A stretch of 64,000 bases of DNA. Origin: Chiloscyllium plagiosum. Its lineage: Eukaryota. The stretch covers positions 22,165,850 through 22,229,849 of the forward strand of contig NC_057746.1 in assembly GCF_004010195.1 (NCBI RefSeq), in the 5' to 3' direction. Each line of letters opens with the position of its first letter. The stretch's first letter is position 1. A program made the position numbers and the translations under genes. Positions 1-13,708 of the stretch are shown here, piece by piece. The notes below the pieces were generated by a model. It was given only the letters and a program-made list of their open reading frames with translations, had not been told where the DNA came from and searched no databases.

Positions 1-2039
1 GCCAGTTAATTAACACATGAATTCAATGCGATAATATCTGTAACAAAATTAATAAACTTATCAGAAATGTCGCCATACATTATTTTCCAAATGCTTCAAC
101 TGCAGCAAAAATCCAGTCAGCAGTGCAATAAAATGGAATGTTTATTTGAATGTCACCTCTTTTAATTCTCGTTGTTGGCACTGTGTAAGAAGAGCGAAGA
201 ACTTTGTTAAAACCTATCTTCTTATTGTAAAATATCTTAAATGCAAAATAACGCAAGTAATTTCGCTTCCACAGTAGCCGATCCATTTTACACAAAGCAC
301 TTTACAAACCGACATTCAAATTAAATGGGCAAACTTTTTTCTGAACAAATTTCGAATGGATAAAAATGGTTACAAGAGAAAAAGAATTCTTATAGTCGTA
401 TACGTTAAAGGGGAAATGAACTGATAATTTTAACATTTAGTGCTGGCTATTTCATGCAAATATGAAACGTTGTGGTAATATTGTGTATTCTACAGTATTT
501 TCAAATGCATTTTTCTCATATAGTAATCATTGTGGTTTCTTAATTTGAGTTGAGTTCATCGCTATTGAAACACAAAGCAATTTTGAGGGATTCCACTCAT
601 CTGTGTAAGGCAGGTCCCTGTTTTCATCAATAAATATTCAGTTTACATGCAGTTGTTCATTTGATCAAAGCACTAATGTATTCGCATTTGATGCTCCACT
701 GTCAACGAAGGCTTTGTATTTCAAAAATGAAAATTCAAATTATTCAAATAGAAATGAATTTTACATTTTTTAAACTTTATGTCATTGAGCGTCTATATCA
801 CTGCAAGAGCACGTGTGTTTCCCGCAGCTAATCACACTTTAAAATAACGTATGAACATAGTAAGGTGTAGATTGAAATGAAATGTTCCATTTACCAATTG
901 ACTTTGCTGTTCTCTTTTAATTCTGTCTGCTTCTCTCATTATCTATCCCGCTCTCTGCACACTGTTGAAACCTCGTTGATGAACCTTGTTTAATACTTAT
1001 TCATTGAATTTTTCATGTTTGTCAAAGGTTCATCCATCTAAATATCTGGCGAACCTTACTGCTTTTTGGAATCCTCATAGATACCTCCGATTCCCTGTAA
1101 AGTGTCCTGCTTGGATGTGTAGCCCGATTACAGCGAATTTCCATTCCAAATCCTGTCAATTTCAGCAGATAGTTGTTAGCTAGTTTACAGAAAATGCAAA
1201 ATTTGGGACATGATTACTGAACTGCTTTAATAATCTTCTCTAAAATGTAAATGTCGCCATTTGTTTTTTTTTTAACAATGCACCACTGCAGTTTATGGTT
1301 ATTTACAGAAACTGACTATTTTTTTGTTGTTTTCTGGGAAAAGCATGGCCCGACCTAGTTTTATTATCATTTGTATTCCAAAATGTCCTTTGCGTTGTGG
1401 TCTAATAATGTAATTGATTATTACTTACATAAGATTTCAATAAGTCTTTGAACATCTGAAATGATAATTCATTCATATTATAACGTATTCATAACTTGGA
1501 AATCCAAATGAAGCATGTAAAAGGAATGTTTTAACAATAGTAGAATTAATGTGATATTACGGAACAGTTTTATTAGTTCGTCTGTTAGCCATCAAAAATT
1601 TGTTTTTTGATAGAAAAATGGTTTGTATGCAAACTGCTTAAATGGGAAGTAATTACATTTAGAAAAGCTCCTTCATTTTTCTGCCAAATGTACGTTCCAA
1701 CAACAGTGCCATGACCTCTCCTATTATTAAAGCAATTATGTGTTCGACACGGCATCCGTAAGGGACAAGTGTAACATACTGTTATCTGCTATATCTAGAA
1801 ATTGTAGTCAGACCAGATGTCCAGCCTACAGAGACAACTAACCCACCTTAGGGATTTGCAAGATCCTGATAGAGGCTACAAAAACGCATGTCATTTGAGG
1901 ATTACCAAAATTAGAGAACTATGGTACCGATTACCCAAGTAAGACGTCGAAGAAATAACAACGGACATCTTTCAGGATGCTATAGATATTGGAGTTTTTT
2001 TTAGTTCTTTGGCTTTGATTGTTAATGTAACTGCACGGT

Positions 2040-2600
2040 TGAAATGTGAATCGAGGCTAGCCTGACGTCCATGCAAGGGGAAATGCTGGAGAACACCATA
2101 AAAGATGTAATATTAGAACACTCCTAATACAGGATCACACAGAGTCACCATTAGTTGACAAAAGGGAAATCATTCTTGACATGTCTACTGTACTTTTTCG
2201 ACGATACAAATCCAGAATGATGGAGGTGAGAGAAGTACATCTTGTTTGTTTGGATGTGCACAGTGATATTGGTAAGAGACTATTCTGTAAATTTAAAATG
2301 CATAGGATTGGGGGAGCCTGGTGAGTTAGATAAAGAATTGGTGGCAGACTGGAAAGAAGATAAGTGCTTTTCTTCGAGTGTTAGCCTGTGAGTAGTAGGG
2401 TACCACAATGATCCGTGCTGTTACACCTGCAATTCACAATATGTCTCAATAATACACATGTGGGTAGTAAACGTCAAAACAGCAACCTTGTGGGCAGTAC
2501 AGTTCTAGTTTGAACGTACAGCTGTCAGGGAGACGCAAGCATGCTTCAGTGTGATTTAGACAAGTTTTAAACGGATTTTCTATGAGCAGTCAAATTGGTG
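2040..2600 (+). mobile_element. Heavily decayed CR1-type LINE RT fragment
   Basis: Degenerate traces of CR1 ORF2 motifs (GKS.LT.L..FF, V.SRVPQ.SVL) with many stops and indels. Confidence 0.6.
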
Positions 2601-2924
2601 AAATGCTTAATAGATTATCTGAAAGGCAAAATCAAGGTTTATGAGAGGTCAAAGTGGTCATAAAGGTTGCTACTTCTTTCTGTATTCTTTTGGATTAATT
2701 TTGCTGGGAAGATCTTTTCTACTGTGCAGCTTGACAAACTGTGACTCGAAACAGTTCGTCGAACAATGTGGTGATGATTGAGTTGGAATTTTACTATGCT
2801 CTGTCTTTCAGAGATAGAATTTGTGATATCATTTTGTAACACGAATAGTCTGTTTTTTGTGGAAGAGCATCATGATTACCGAACTTTAGAGATCTGTGGT
2901 TTTATCTCATTTTAGAAGAGAAAG

Positions 2925-4080
2925 GTGTGGACGTCTCCGGTTGACAAGGTGATTAAAAAGGCTTTTAGAAAATTGGACTTCACTGCTCAGATCTTTGGAA
3001 GTCATGTTCCAGGTTTCGAGGATAAACGGAATATTGATGGGGCCTGTCCTGGAGAACTGTGTTCAGTTTTGATCGAACAGTAATAGGAATGATATTATCA
3101 AACTGGATGTGCATTAGAACAGATTTACTCAAACGTTGCAAGGTATTGAATGTTTGAGTTATTAAGATGAGCTGGATAGGCTGGGACATTCCTCACTAGA
3201 ATGTGGGAGGTTGCGAGGTGAGCTTATAGGAGTTTATAAAATCATGACTGATATCGATTGTAAGAATGCTAAGTATAAAGTTCTTCGCAATGACGATTTT
3301 AAGACTGGAAAGCATGTTTCGAAAGTGAAAGGAGGAAAGATTTAAAGAAGACCTTTGGGGGTATTTAATTTTACACAAAGGGCATTTCGTAAGTAAAATA
3401 AACTTTCTTACGAAGTTTCAGCATAATTGCAATTTTTAAAAGACACTTAGATAAGTGCATAAATAAGAAATGTGTGGAGGAATATGGGTCGACAGAATGG
3501 TTCCTAAAGATCCCAGCCGGTCAGGCAGCATCCGAGGAGCAAGAGAACCGATGATTCGGACATAAGCCCTTCATCAGGAGTGAGGTTTAAGGGTTGGTAG
3601 CTGAGAGATAAATGGGAAGGGGGGTTGGGGGGAGATAGCCAGGAAAGCGATAAGTGGATGAAGGTGAGGGAGAAGGTGATAGGTCAGGGGGGCAGAGATG
3701 GACGGGTCGCGAGGACGGTGCTGATTTGGAGGCTTGGGACTGGGAGCTCTCCAGACCCATCTATCACTGCCTGCTCTGACCTATCACCTGCTCCCTACCT
3801 TCTTCCACATATCGTTTTCCCAGCTATGTCCCCCCCCCCCCCCCCCAACCCCATCCGCTCCCATTTATCTCTCAACCCCAACACACAAGTCTCATTTCTG
3901 ATGCCCAGCACCACACTCTCGACTCTGATCTTCAGCATCTGCAATCCTCACTTTCTCCTTGGAGGAATCTGTGTCAGAAAAAGGCAAGTGGGATTAGTTT
4001 AATTTGAAATTATGTTTGGATGGACAGTTTGTATCAAAGGTTATGTTTCCATGCTGTATGATTCAATGACTCGATGACTA
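2925..4080 (+). mobile_element. CR1/HER1-type LINE 3' end, split by a Penelope insertion at 3491-3959
   Basis: Decayed RP.LENCVQF and RLRGELIGVYKIM motifs, followed by a HER1-like 3' tail (gtttccatgctgtatgattcaatgact). Confidence 0.75.
3491..3959. mobile_element. Penelope-like element remnant in an inverted (fold-back) arrangement
   Basis: pLTR-type sequence with a decayed hammerhead on the - strand at 3545-3579 and its inverted counterpart at ~3760-3959; flanked by tggaggaatatgggtc (3475-3490) and tggaggaatctgtgtc (3960-3975), a 14/16 match. Confidence 0.75.
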
Positions 4081-4649
4081 ACATTCTGTTACTAGCTATC
4101 ATTAAGATCGAGTTTTTTTTTTGGTGTATAGATAATGTGATTTGTGTGCAGAATCCTTGAAAAAATAGTATTTCATATGTACAAGGTTTTTTTTCGATGC
4201 ACATGTTGTTCTTTTCAACTTCTTAATTTGTTTTTGATTGATGCGATACTGTCTTCATTTGAATGTAGAACTATTTACCAACCTCTAATACATTTTGTTT
4301 CCAATCCAAGAATGCCGTTAGATTTAATTGCTGTTGGATCTCCTGGTCGTTCTCCTTAAACATGCCTTGATGGTTCGTGACAGATAAGCCTAAAGCCTAT
4401 TCAAAACAGTTAATTATTTTTGTGTTTACGAACCAATCGTTTGTTGTGGACGTTCTGTGAACTTGCAAATCACTCATAGCAATTGGTCTAGATCCGGTTT
4501 TGTGGAAGTAAGTGGTAGCACAGACAATTTGTTCATTATTATAAACTTTCTAAATTCATCAGTTTTTGGAAATTTGTCAATGGATTGGAAAATACCAAAT
4601 GTAGTTTTTTTTTTCAAAAAGCTGTAAACCATAGCCCCATTATCAAAAC

Positions 4650-5350
4650 AAAGACAGGTGAACATTTATGTGAACATTTCCACAAGAATACAAAGAAACG
4701 ATAATATTTAAATGACGAGAGCTAATAGAACTCAGTAGCTGTGAAAGGTATGAATGTTATTGGAATCTCATAGAGTCAGCATGCATGTGCAGCACGTGAT
4801 GAGAGAAGTATAAAATTAAGAGATATAAGGAGGTTTTCGTGCTTTTGTACACGCCTGGGCCAAACATTGACCACCCTGTGCTGCTTTGTACTCTATATTC
4901 GAATATCAAAAGATAAAGTCACTTTATCACGGGTTCAGCGAAGGTTCATTCAAGTCTTTCATGATACAAGCAGCTTATCTTATAAACCAAGTTTGAACAG
5001 GGACGGCCTGTAATTATTGTATTTTTAAAGAATATCATTTGATATAATGACTCTTATTTATAAGATTATTTGAGTTCTATAATGTGTATGCCTGGATGAA
5101 GACTCGACAGATCGTGGACATAACAACTATGGGAATAGCATAAATTTAAGAGATCAGACTTTTAAATCTGTGGTGAGGAGATTTTATGCTATTCAATCCT
5201 TGAAATGACGAGTTTGATTTCACAAAATTAGTGGGGCTGGGTGTTTGCATTATTCAAGTCTAATTTAAATAGAAATTTGGTAGGCTCAAAGCCGAAATTA
5301 ATAGGATCTAGTCAAGAAAATGCAGTAAAAATGGACAGATTTCTTGCGTG
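4650..5350 (+). mobile_element. Very old CR1-like LINE 3' fragment
   Basis: Degenerate LY..L.RP.L.. and RVQRRFI motifs; no intact ORF. Confidence 0.45.
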
Positions 5351-5839
5351 TTTAGATTCAACTTAACTTGGCTTCCCGTGTCGATTCCATTAGTTTCCTG
5401 TTTTTTGATGAGTTTACAGGAGTTGCGAGTCATTTCTGAAGTTTGGTATTGCAGACATCGAGGCCTTTGCTTGTGTTTTGAACTATAGAGTTTGTATGAC
5501 TATACCAAATATATTTAAGGCAGCATTTAACTCAGTAAATTGGTTGTAATTGAGTCAAAGATGGAAGTACCATTGAATAAAAATGGTTTGTAGTTTAGTT
5601 GTTCTATTATGCTGTGACAGTTGGAATGTGTCAGCTTTGTATTCAAAGTTTTTTGTGTATATTTGCACATCAAATCATCATCTAACATATTTCTATAGTC
5701 TTCAAAAATTCTGCGTACTCTCCATTATTACCTTGATTATTGTGAGACTCAAGTATTGATCAGCACTATTTTTTTTTTCTGGAAGGAGCAATGTCTGTCA
5801 CTACGGACTTAGATGTAAAATTCTAACTGTGGTTAACAT

Positions 5840-6340
5840 CGAGTCATGCAGCACGTAAACAGACGCTTAGATCCAACCAATCCATGCCGAACTTTAAACC
5901 AAAAATAAACCAGTCCCGCCTGCTTGTACCTGGCCCATGTCACTGCAAAGATTCCCACTGTCCTCACATCCACCACATCCTCAGGAATTTCATTCCACAT
6001 GCGAACCACCTTCTGTGTAAAAAATAATGCCTCTTTTTAATTCTCTCTCCTCTCACCCTAAAATGTGCGCCCACTTTTGAAATGCCCAATTTAGGGAAAA
6101 AGCAACGACCATGACCTGTATCTAAACCTCTCATTATTGTATAAACTTCTATCAGGTCACCTCTCAACCTCCTACGTTCCAATGAAAAATGTCCCGGGCT
6201 ATCCACTCTGCCTACATCCTGGTAAATCTTTCCACACCCTTTCTGGCCTGATAATATCCTTCCTATAACTGGGCGACTAGAACTGATAACAGTTTTCCAG
6301 AAGAAACCTCAAATATATCCCGTAAACCTCAACATAAATC
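5840..6340 (-). mobile_element. CR1 LINE 3' fragment
   Basis: ORF 5964-6206 contains FSLERRRLRGDLIEVYTIMRGLD, the CR1 ORF2 C-terminal signature. Confidence 0.85.
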
Positions 6341-7669
6341 AATGTCGACTATACTGCCATTAAAACAAAGGCTGCAAGTAAACCCGAAATCAATCGGTCA
6401 GTAAGCATTGTTTAAAAGCAAATTAATTTACTTGATTGTATTGGATCATGCTTGATCGCTCGAGGAACTGCAACATAACACAGAATACATTGAGTTTACA
6501 CACAACAAAAATCGTAGCAATGCAAAAACATGAAAATGTTTGTCATATGAAAAGTTGATAACCATAAGTCAGACACTATCAAGCAAATTTTCACCTCTGA
6601 GAGGTGAAACTTGCATCCCAAAGCAATTTCACTGCTCAGTTTCAAAGTGACATTTCAATATGTTCTGGTAAGGAGATTTGTTAGATTGCAGAGTGACTGT
6701 TCAATTTCAATCACGCCTCAACTGACATGTAAAGACAACAATTTCACGTATGCATGAATTATGCTTTCAAATTTTATTTCACTTCGGAGTATTCTTCATT
6801 AAAAATTCAATAATCACAAATGGAGGTAGAAGTTTATCACGACTGTTTTATTGAATACTAAATTATGTTTAAATTGGAATGTGGAACGTTGTGTTTTTGT
6901 GTTTCAGATCACAACCAACAATTGATTGATATGAAATTAAATATTATAAATCATGACCTCCCAGCATGATGTTTGGTTGTAATGAGAAAAAAAAATGATG
7001 CAAGTATGGTATATGAGGAACAATAGCATCCGATGCTTTCTTAGGCAGAGGTGAAAAATGGAGGTGTAATTGGTGGCCGATGATGGGGTTGTGATTATTG
7101 TTCAGATCAAATTTGCTTCAGAAGAAGAAATGTGGTAAAAGTCGATTTGCTTCATAAAATATGTCTTCCAGCTAAGCAAGACAAGAATTGCAGAACCCAA
7201 CTTTTAGAATCATATGGGAAATTTTCAAAACAGTGAATTTAAAGAAGAGAAGCCATTCTATTTCCCCTCCAATAATTTCTCCCATTCTCTGACTTCACCT
7301 TACAAATCTCTATTTTTATACTAATGTCATCACATTCTCTTAAATATTGAGTGTAACCTAGCAATGATTCTGTCTCGGTTACACAACACAAGGCATGTTG
7401 CTTAACGTGCTCCCAACAAAAAAAAAGCCCCCACGAAAATCTGTTTCAATGTTATCCCGCCCAGCTTTGACTGGTTGCATCATCTCAAAGTCATTGTGAC
7501 CCTGAAGGAATGCTGTGTCAATCTTTTATTTACTAGGACACCCTGACAGTCACCAGATTGGCCCCAACAGTAAGGCCTTCAGCTTGCATTGTGACTAGCT
7601 ACAAAAATATCCACTGACTAGCTACCTGACTACCCACCTAACTAAAAGAAACATTTCAGCCCATTATTA

Positions 7670-8250
7670 TGTCTCTGCCGCTCTTCCAGCACCCCCTTAT
7701 TCCCATTCCTCAGCATTTGGACGATTAATGTAATGTTCTAAATGTTTATCTGAATACAAAACAAATTGTGCGCTTATTACTGTCATACTACTATTCTGTG
7801 AAGCACTAAGTTCCAGATACTTATCATAGATTGGGTGAAAGAACAATTGTCCTTTAGTCCCTTCTAAACCTTGCGATGGTTATCAGTAATCTATGCTGCC
7901 TGACAACTGCCCCATCTCGGAAGTGGAAATGCTTATTCCTATTGAGCTTATTTATAGCCCTTCCTCCTATAGACATCAATATGGATCCCACAGCACTTTC
8001 TGCTCAAAGGAAGGCAATCAAATCTATATCTTCACTCATCCTAGCTGAAATGCTTCAACCCGGTGATATCCTGATCACTTCCCATTGCACATTGTCCAAA
8101 GCACTTACATTCTCCCAAAACTGTGACAACCAAAATTCTCGAAAAGAAATCCAGATGTGGCCCAACTAATGTTTTTACTATTACTATAATCTCCAATATT
8201 TTGCATTCTATTCCACAACCATTCAAGTCAGCGACCCATATGTTTCCTTA
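7670..8250 (-). mobile_element. Decayed CR1-like LINE 3' fragment
   Basis: KTLVGPHLDF (cf. LVRPHLEY) in ORF 8041-8226; decayed C-terminal region. Confidence 0.6.
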
Positions 8251-8814
8251 ATTCACAGAGCAGAGCCAAGTCCAAAGCTGCAGGCATTAGTATGGAAACG
8301 ATAAATCAGCAGGATGACCTGAGGGAGAAATCGCAAAGTATTCCAATAAATGATGCTAGAATAATCACTAAAAGGAAATAGAAGGATAAGGATTCTATAT
8401 CTAAAAAAAGGTGAAATAACCTGAAATAGACATAATTAAGTACAAAGTCATTACAATTACAGGGACGTATTAGTAGGATGAGATGGATAAGTAACAGGTT
8501 CATTAGAAAGGTAGGAGATTTTTTAAAAAACAATAAACCTGTTTACTAATGATTTATCAATACAGAAGAGAAGGATAGCATAATTAAATAAAGAGTCGGG
8601 TTTGGAAAGACTTTGAGCTGAGGAATCATGAACACTGAAAGTCATTTGCCGATGTGATCGAGGAGCACCAGCACACAGTATAAGCTTAAAGAGAATAGTA
8701 ATGCAAACTTATCGGGGGTACGTTAATAATCGTGTTAACACGGAAAGAAAATATCATTGTGATGGAAATCAAAGCAAATTTAGCAGTATAAACAGACTGA
8801 TATATTTCATAGCT

Positions 8815-9905
8815 TAATTTGCCCTAGTTCTGGACTCCCCGATCCCAGGGAAAAGACTTTGTCTATCTATCCTATTCATGCCCTCATAATTTTGTAAATC
8901 TCTATAAGGTCACCCCTCAGCCTCCGACGCTCCAGGGAAAACAGCCCCAGCCTGTTCAGCCTTTCCCTATAGCTCAAATCCTCCAACCCTGACAACATCC
9001 TTTGTAAATCCTTTCTGAAACCTTTCAAGTTTCTCAACATCTTTCCCATAGGAAGGAGACCAGAATTGCACGCAATATTCCAACAGTGGCCTAATCAATG
9101 CCCTGTACAGCCGCAACATGACTTCCCAACTCCTGTAATCAATAGTCTGACCAATAAAAGAAAGCATACCAAACGCCGCCTTCACTATCCTATCTACCTG
9201 CGACTCCACTTCCAAGGTGCTATGAACCTGCACTCCAAGGTCTCTTTGCTCAACAACGCTCCCTAGGACCTTACCATGAAGTGTATAAGTCCTGCTAAGA
9301 TTTGCTTTCCCAACACGCAGCACCTCGCATTTATCTGAATTAATCTCCATCTGCCACTTCTCAGCCCATTGGCCCATCTGGTCAAGGTCCGATTGTAATC
9401 TGAGGTAAACCTCTTCGCTGTCCACTACACCTCCAATTTTGGTGTCATCTGCAAACTTACTAACTGTACCTCTTGTGCTCGCATCCAAATAATTTATGTA
9501 AATGACAAAATGTAGAGGACGAAGCACCGATCCTTGTGGCACTCCACTGGTCACAGGCCTCCAGTCTGAAAAACAACCCTCCACCACCATCTCTGTCTTC
9601 TCCCTTTGAGCCAGTTCTGTATCTAAATGGCTCGTTCTCCCTGTAGTCCGTGAGATCGAACCTTGGTAATCAATCTCCCACGGGGAACCTTGTCGAACGC
9701 CTCACTGAAGTCCATATCGATCACATCTACCGCTCTTCCCTCATTAATCCTCTTTGATACTTCCTCAAAAAACTCTAACAATTTTGTGAGACACGATTTT
9801 CCAAGCACGAAGACATGTTGACCATCCTTATTGAGTCCTTGCCTTTCTAAATACATGTACATGCTGTCCCTCAGGATTCCCTTCAACAACCTGCCCACCA
9901 CCGAC
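8815..9905 (-). mobile_element. CR1 LINE ORF2 reverse-transcriptase segment, relatively young but frameshifted
   Basis: GKSCLTKLLEFFE, DFSEAFDKVP, SGVPQGSVL, KFADDTK and LIRPLLEYCVQFWSP in ORFs 8967-9590 and 9623-10030. Confidence 0.95.
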
Positions 9906-10199
9906 GATATTGAATCATGTTGCCCACCTAGAAACGGAGATATGGCCACAGCTTGCAGATGCAACAGGAGTGCTGACCTCGCACCTGACCAATTCAGGTT
10001 GTACAGTATAATCACATGGACCACTGTCAATCATAACTCAGCACATTCTTTTGCTAATGTCCTCCACAATGCTCTAAATACCAGGTGTATCACCCTCAAT
10101 AATGTACACAAAGTTGTCTCCATGATCATTTTCTCTCTCGTGTATAACGTAAGCCTTCATTTTACCCATTTCTCTATGTGAAGATAGAACAGCAGTTGC

Positions 10200-11170
10200 A
10201 CGAGAGTCAGAGTGGATAGAGCATTGAACTGGAAAAAGCTCAGCAGGTTAGGCAGCATCAGAAGAAGAGGGAAGTCGACGTTTCAGGTCAAAACCTTTCA
10301 TCAGGACTGGGGTAGGGGAAAGGGGCTGCCAACTAAATAGAGGAATGGGATTGGGGTTGCGATAAATGTGGTTGGGATGGTAAGTGGTGGTTGTAATTGG
10401 TCGGTCTGAGGGGTAGAGCAGATAATTGGAAAATTGACAGGTAGGGTCAGATTAAGGGAGCGAGGTGGAGAGAGAAGGCTGAACCTGGGATGAGGACAGG
10501 GTTCAAGAGATTTGAAAGTTGGTGAATTCTTTGTTAAAATGGTATATTTGTTACCTCCTGAGTTGGAAGATGAGGTGTTCTTCCTTCAGTTTGTGTGTGG
10601 TTTCTGTTGAAGGTGGAGGAGGCCCAGGATGGCCTAGTTGTCAGGGGAGTGGGATAGGGAGTTAAAATGGTTGGCGACAGAAAGGTGGGTTTGATTGGAG
10701 AATGTGGTCCATAAATCTTGCCTCATTTACTTCCCAAGTTTGCACTTGGTCTCTCTAATTTAGAGAAGACCAGATCAGGAGCAACTGATGCAATAAGTCA
10801 GGTTGGAGGAAATGCACGTGCATTGCCAGACTTGGAATCATTCTTTGGGGCCTTGGACGGAGGTGATAGGGGAGGAATGGTTGCAGGTGTCCCAACGCTA
10901 CCAGCCACTGGTGAATTTTACAGGACTGGAGTCGGGGTTGATGAGGAGTGTGGCCAAATGAGGGAGTCGCGGAGGGAGCAGTCCCGACAAATAGGGGATA
11001 GCGGTGGGTCGGGAAATATTAATTTTCTGATGTTCGTCTGACTTCAGCTGGCCAAAGTGACAGAGGCTGATACGTTGGCTTTGAAGATTATTGCGGTGAA
11101 CTTGAGGACTAGGGTGACTCGATCTTTGTTGTGGTTGGGGTGTGAGGTTTGGTTGAGGGCAGATGTGTGG
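10200..11170 (-). mobile_element. Penelope-like element 3' part (decayed GIY-YIG endonuclease and pLTR)
   Basis: The - strand at ~10745-10810 reads SNLTYCISCS*SGLL*IRETK (GIY-YIG pattern VYCI..LYIGET); hammerhead core at 10273-10308. Confidence 0.8.
10273..10308 (-). ncRNA. Minimal type-I hammerhead ribozyme (PLE-associated), core intact
   Basis: - strand AGUC CUGAUGA A AGGU uuug ACCU GAAAC GUC GACU: stem I AGUC/GACU, stem II AGGU/ACCU, palindromic ACGU stem III, GUC triplet. Confidence 0.8.
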
Positions 11171-11761
11171 GATTACATTGTGTGTTTAGCACGTTCACTA
11201 AGGATGGCCCATGTTTTATGTGCTGCTGGTTTTTCTGTGCATGCATCAGCTGTCTTGAACGACTCAAATATATATTCACTGATGATTGTGTGAGTTTGCA
11301 ACTCTCTGGATCAAAGCACGGTGGATGGTGATATTGAACCATTTTAACCTGGCTTTAGAGATATAGCCAACTTTATTCGATAAAGGGCACCATGTTTATT
11401 GAGAATAAATGGTCATGTAAAATTTGGAAGGCAACCTGATCTGCTATAATCTCTATCAATGGCAGAACTGATTGGAAGGCCTGAATGAGTCTTTCTCGGC
11501 TCTAATTTCATACGTTTGCATATTTATTTGAATAATGCCACAGAATATTTCCAAACAATCCCTTTTTGGACTTTATTTTAAACACAGGAGACAAGAACCG
11601 ATACTGGCAATAGAAACGGAACAAAGTATTATGTTTTCTCTCAAACATAATGGTTCAGAATGTCAAAATGAATGATTTGGAGATGCCGGTGTTGGACTGG
11701 GGTATACAAAGTTAAAAATCACACAACACCAGGTTATAGTCCAACAGGTTTAATTGGAAGC

Positions 11762-11797
11762 ACACTAGCTTTCGGAGCGACTCTCCTTCATCAGGTG
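11762..11797 (-). ncRNA. Minimal hammerhead ribozyme
   Basis: - strand CAC CUGAUGA A GGAG agucg CUCC GAAA GCUA GUG. Confidence 0.7.
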
Positions 11798-11811
11798 ATA
11801 GTGTGGACTAT

Positions 11812-11848
11812 CACCTGAAGAAGGAGCGTCGCTCCGAAAGTTGATGTG
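11812..11848 (+). ncRNA. Minimal hammerhead ribozyme, partly mutated
   Basis: CAC CUGAAGA A GGAGC guc GCUCC GAAA G; stem III and cleavage region altered (guuga). Confidence 0.55.
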
Positions 11849-12169
11849 CTTCCAATTAAACCTGTTGGACTTTAACCTGGTGTTGTGTGTTTTTTTTAAA
11901 ATGAATGAGGCATTTTAATATTCACTCATTGCAATATTATTTACATCAATCAAATCAGTAGGAAACTTAAATAAATATGAAGAGAATTGAACGTCGATGT
12001 GAACATTAAATTTAGAAGTGTCATTTTTCAGATGGAAACATATGAATAAGTGAGATTATCATACATGAACGCTTTTGCCATTGACGTACACAACCTGATT
12101 GCATCTCTTTCGGCAGATATCTTCAGATATTTTGTGAGTAGGAGACGCATTGGCAAATATTGAAAGGGC

Positions 12170-12659
12170 AGAAGGTATTAACATTTTATATTAAAATGTG
12201 GACATTTTGAAAATTGGTTAGAGAGAAATTGCTATCAAGAGAAACCCAAGAAAATAGGAAACCCTCTCGATCAATGGCACTTTTCCTATGAGACATAAAC
12301 GCATTAAAAAGAAAGAAGACCCAAGGAATTCAGCAGTGGAAGATTGAAGTCACAGAAGATGATAGCAGCTGTGTAGTTTTGAAATTAATTTGATGTAATT
12401 TTAATAAGCATTATTGGAAAAGCATTTTGCTATAGAGTTGCGGGAAGGTCATAGGCAGTTAAGCGAAAGGGAAGTTTTGAGTTGGGAATAGTTGTTGTTT
12501 ATTGCTCACTTTTAGGATTTAAAAAATTGATGTCATTTTATTGAACTAGTGGAATTTGGGAGTTCTCTGGCACTCATATTTTAACAGACTACAAGACAAG
12601 GTGAGCGTTTCTGGGTCTTTGGTTAAATTAACAGAGAGTTTCACCAGCATGCTGTAACA
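12170..12659 (+). mobile_element. Solo or partial Gypsy LTR (family B)
   Basis: Aligns by eye with the 3' half of the LTR at 25044-25832 (aagaagac..cagcagct..gttttg.aattaa..ggtgagc.tttc) and ends ...gtaaca. Confidence 0.75.
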
Positions 12660-13613
12660 AAGGGAATCTACATCAGTAATAATCCCCAATTGCAAAGATT
12701 ACGGAGCAATGAACGATACAAAGCAAAGATGGATGAGTGAATACGTGTGGTAGGTCTACCATCGTTCAGCAAATAGTAGGTGCTCTTGGAGTAATTCAAC
12801 TGAAGAATTTGTATCGATCATAATGGTAATTTGCTTAATCAAGTAAATCAGCCATACGTGTACTAATTGTTGCAACACTTATATTGTCACTTCATAGATT
12901 CAGTACTTAGCCACTACATTTCCAGACGTAGAAGTGATCAAAAGAATAATTTGTGCTGCAGAGATGCATTCATTGCTTTGGATAACTTTGAAGAAAATGA
13001 CTTATATGTTATCTTGAAACTGTAGATTTGTTCCTCAGACCTAAAACTCGCTTGCAAATAATCAAGCATATCAAATCCTATTTGCATTAATTCGTTTGTT
13101 TCCATTAGCTGGAAAGTAACATAATTCGCTCTTTTATGATTTTTTTGGAGTTAGTTGTTTGAAATTAAAAAGCAAAATAAAAACGTACACAGTCCGGATG
13201 CTGTTGTTAAGTAATGACATGCCAAAATCTAGGAACATTATGTGATAAACATGCTGCACACGCATTCACAAACTTGTCAACAGTATTTCAAATGTATGTT
13301 TTTGAATCAGAGAAAATTAAGTAATCAGAATAAGGCAGGGAACAAATGCAGCAACGTTTAGATTCACGTTTTAATAAAGTATAGATTTGTTTCGTGTGGA
13401 GGTTAATGTTAGGGCTATAAAGATTGTTTCTCATTACCTTTTGCAGTCACTTTGCTGATGATGCTCATTTCTTCGTTCGAAAAGTCAACTTGTATTGATT
13501 TATCTGCAGCAGTGATCGTTGGTTTGGGATTTGCATGTTCATCCATCCTGAATCCTTGAATTCGTCCAAAGAGAAAGCAATTTTGTCAACGTCAGCCAAT
13601 ATAATATTGTTGA

Positions 13614-13670
13614 TGTGTGCGTGTGTGTGTATGTGCGTCCATATATATATATATATATATATATATGGAC
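13614..13670. repeat. (GT)n followed by an (AT)13 microsatellite
   Basis: Direct reading of the sequence. Confidence 0.95.
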
Positions 13671-13708
13671 CTCTATCACATGTTCATAGTTAAATTCATC
13701 ATCAAGTT

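Larger units (their letters stand above)
11676..11897. mobile_element. Non-coding fold-back Penelope mini-element with two opposed hammerheads
   Basis: ~89-bp inverted arms (11714-11802 / 11807-11895) with a 4-nt loop; 11-bp TSD aaaatgaatga at 11665-11675 and 11898-11908. Confidence 0.85.

Noticed and set aside
68-100. AFGK*CM resembling the urotensin-II core CFWKYCV
   Set aside because: It needs several substitutions and stop read-through; likely coincidence
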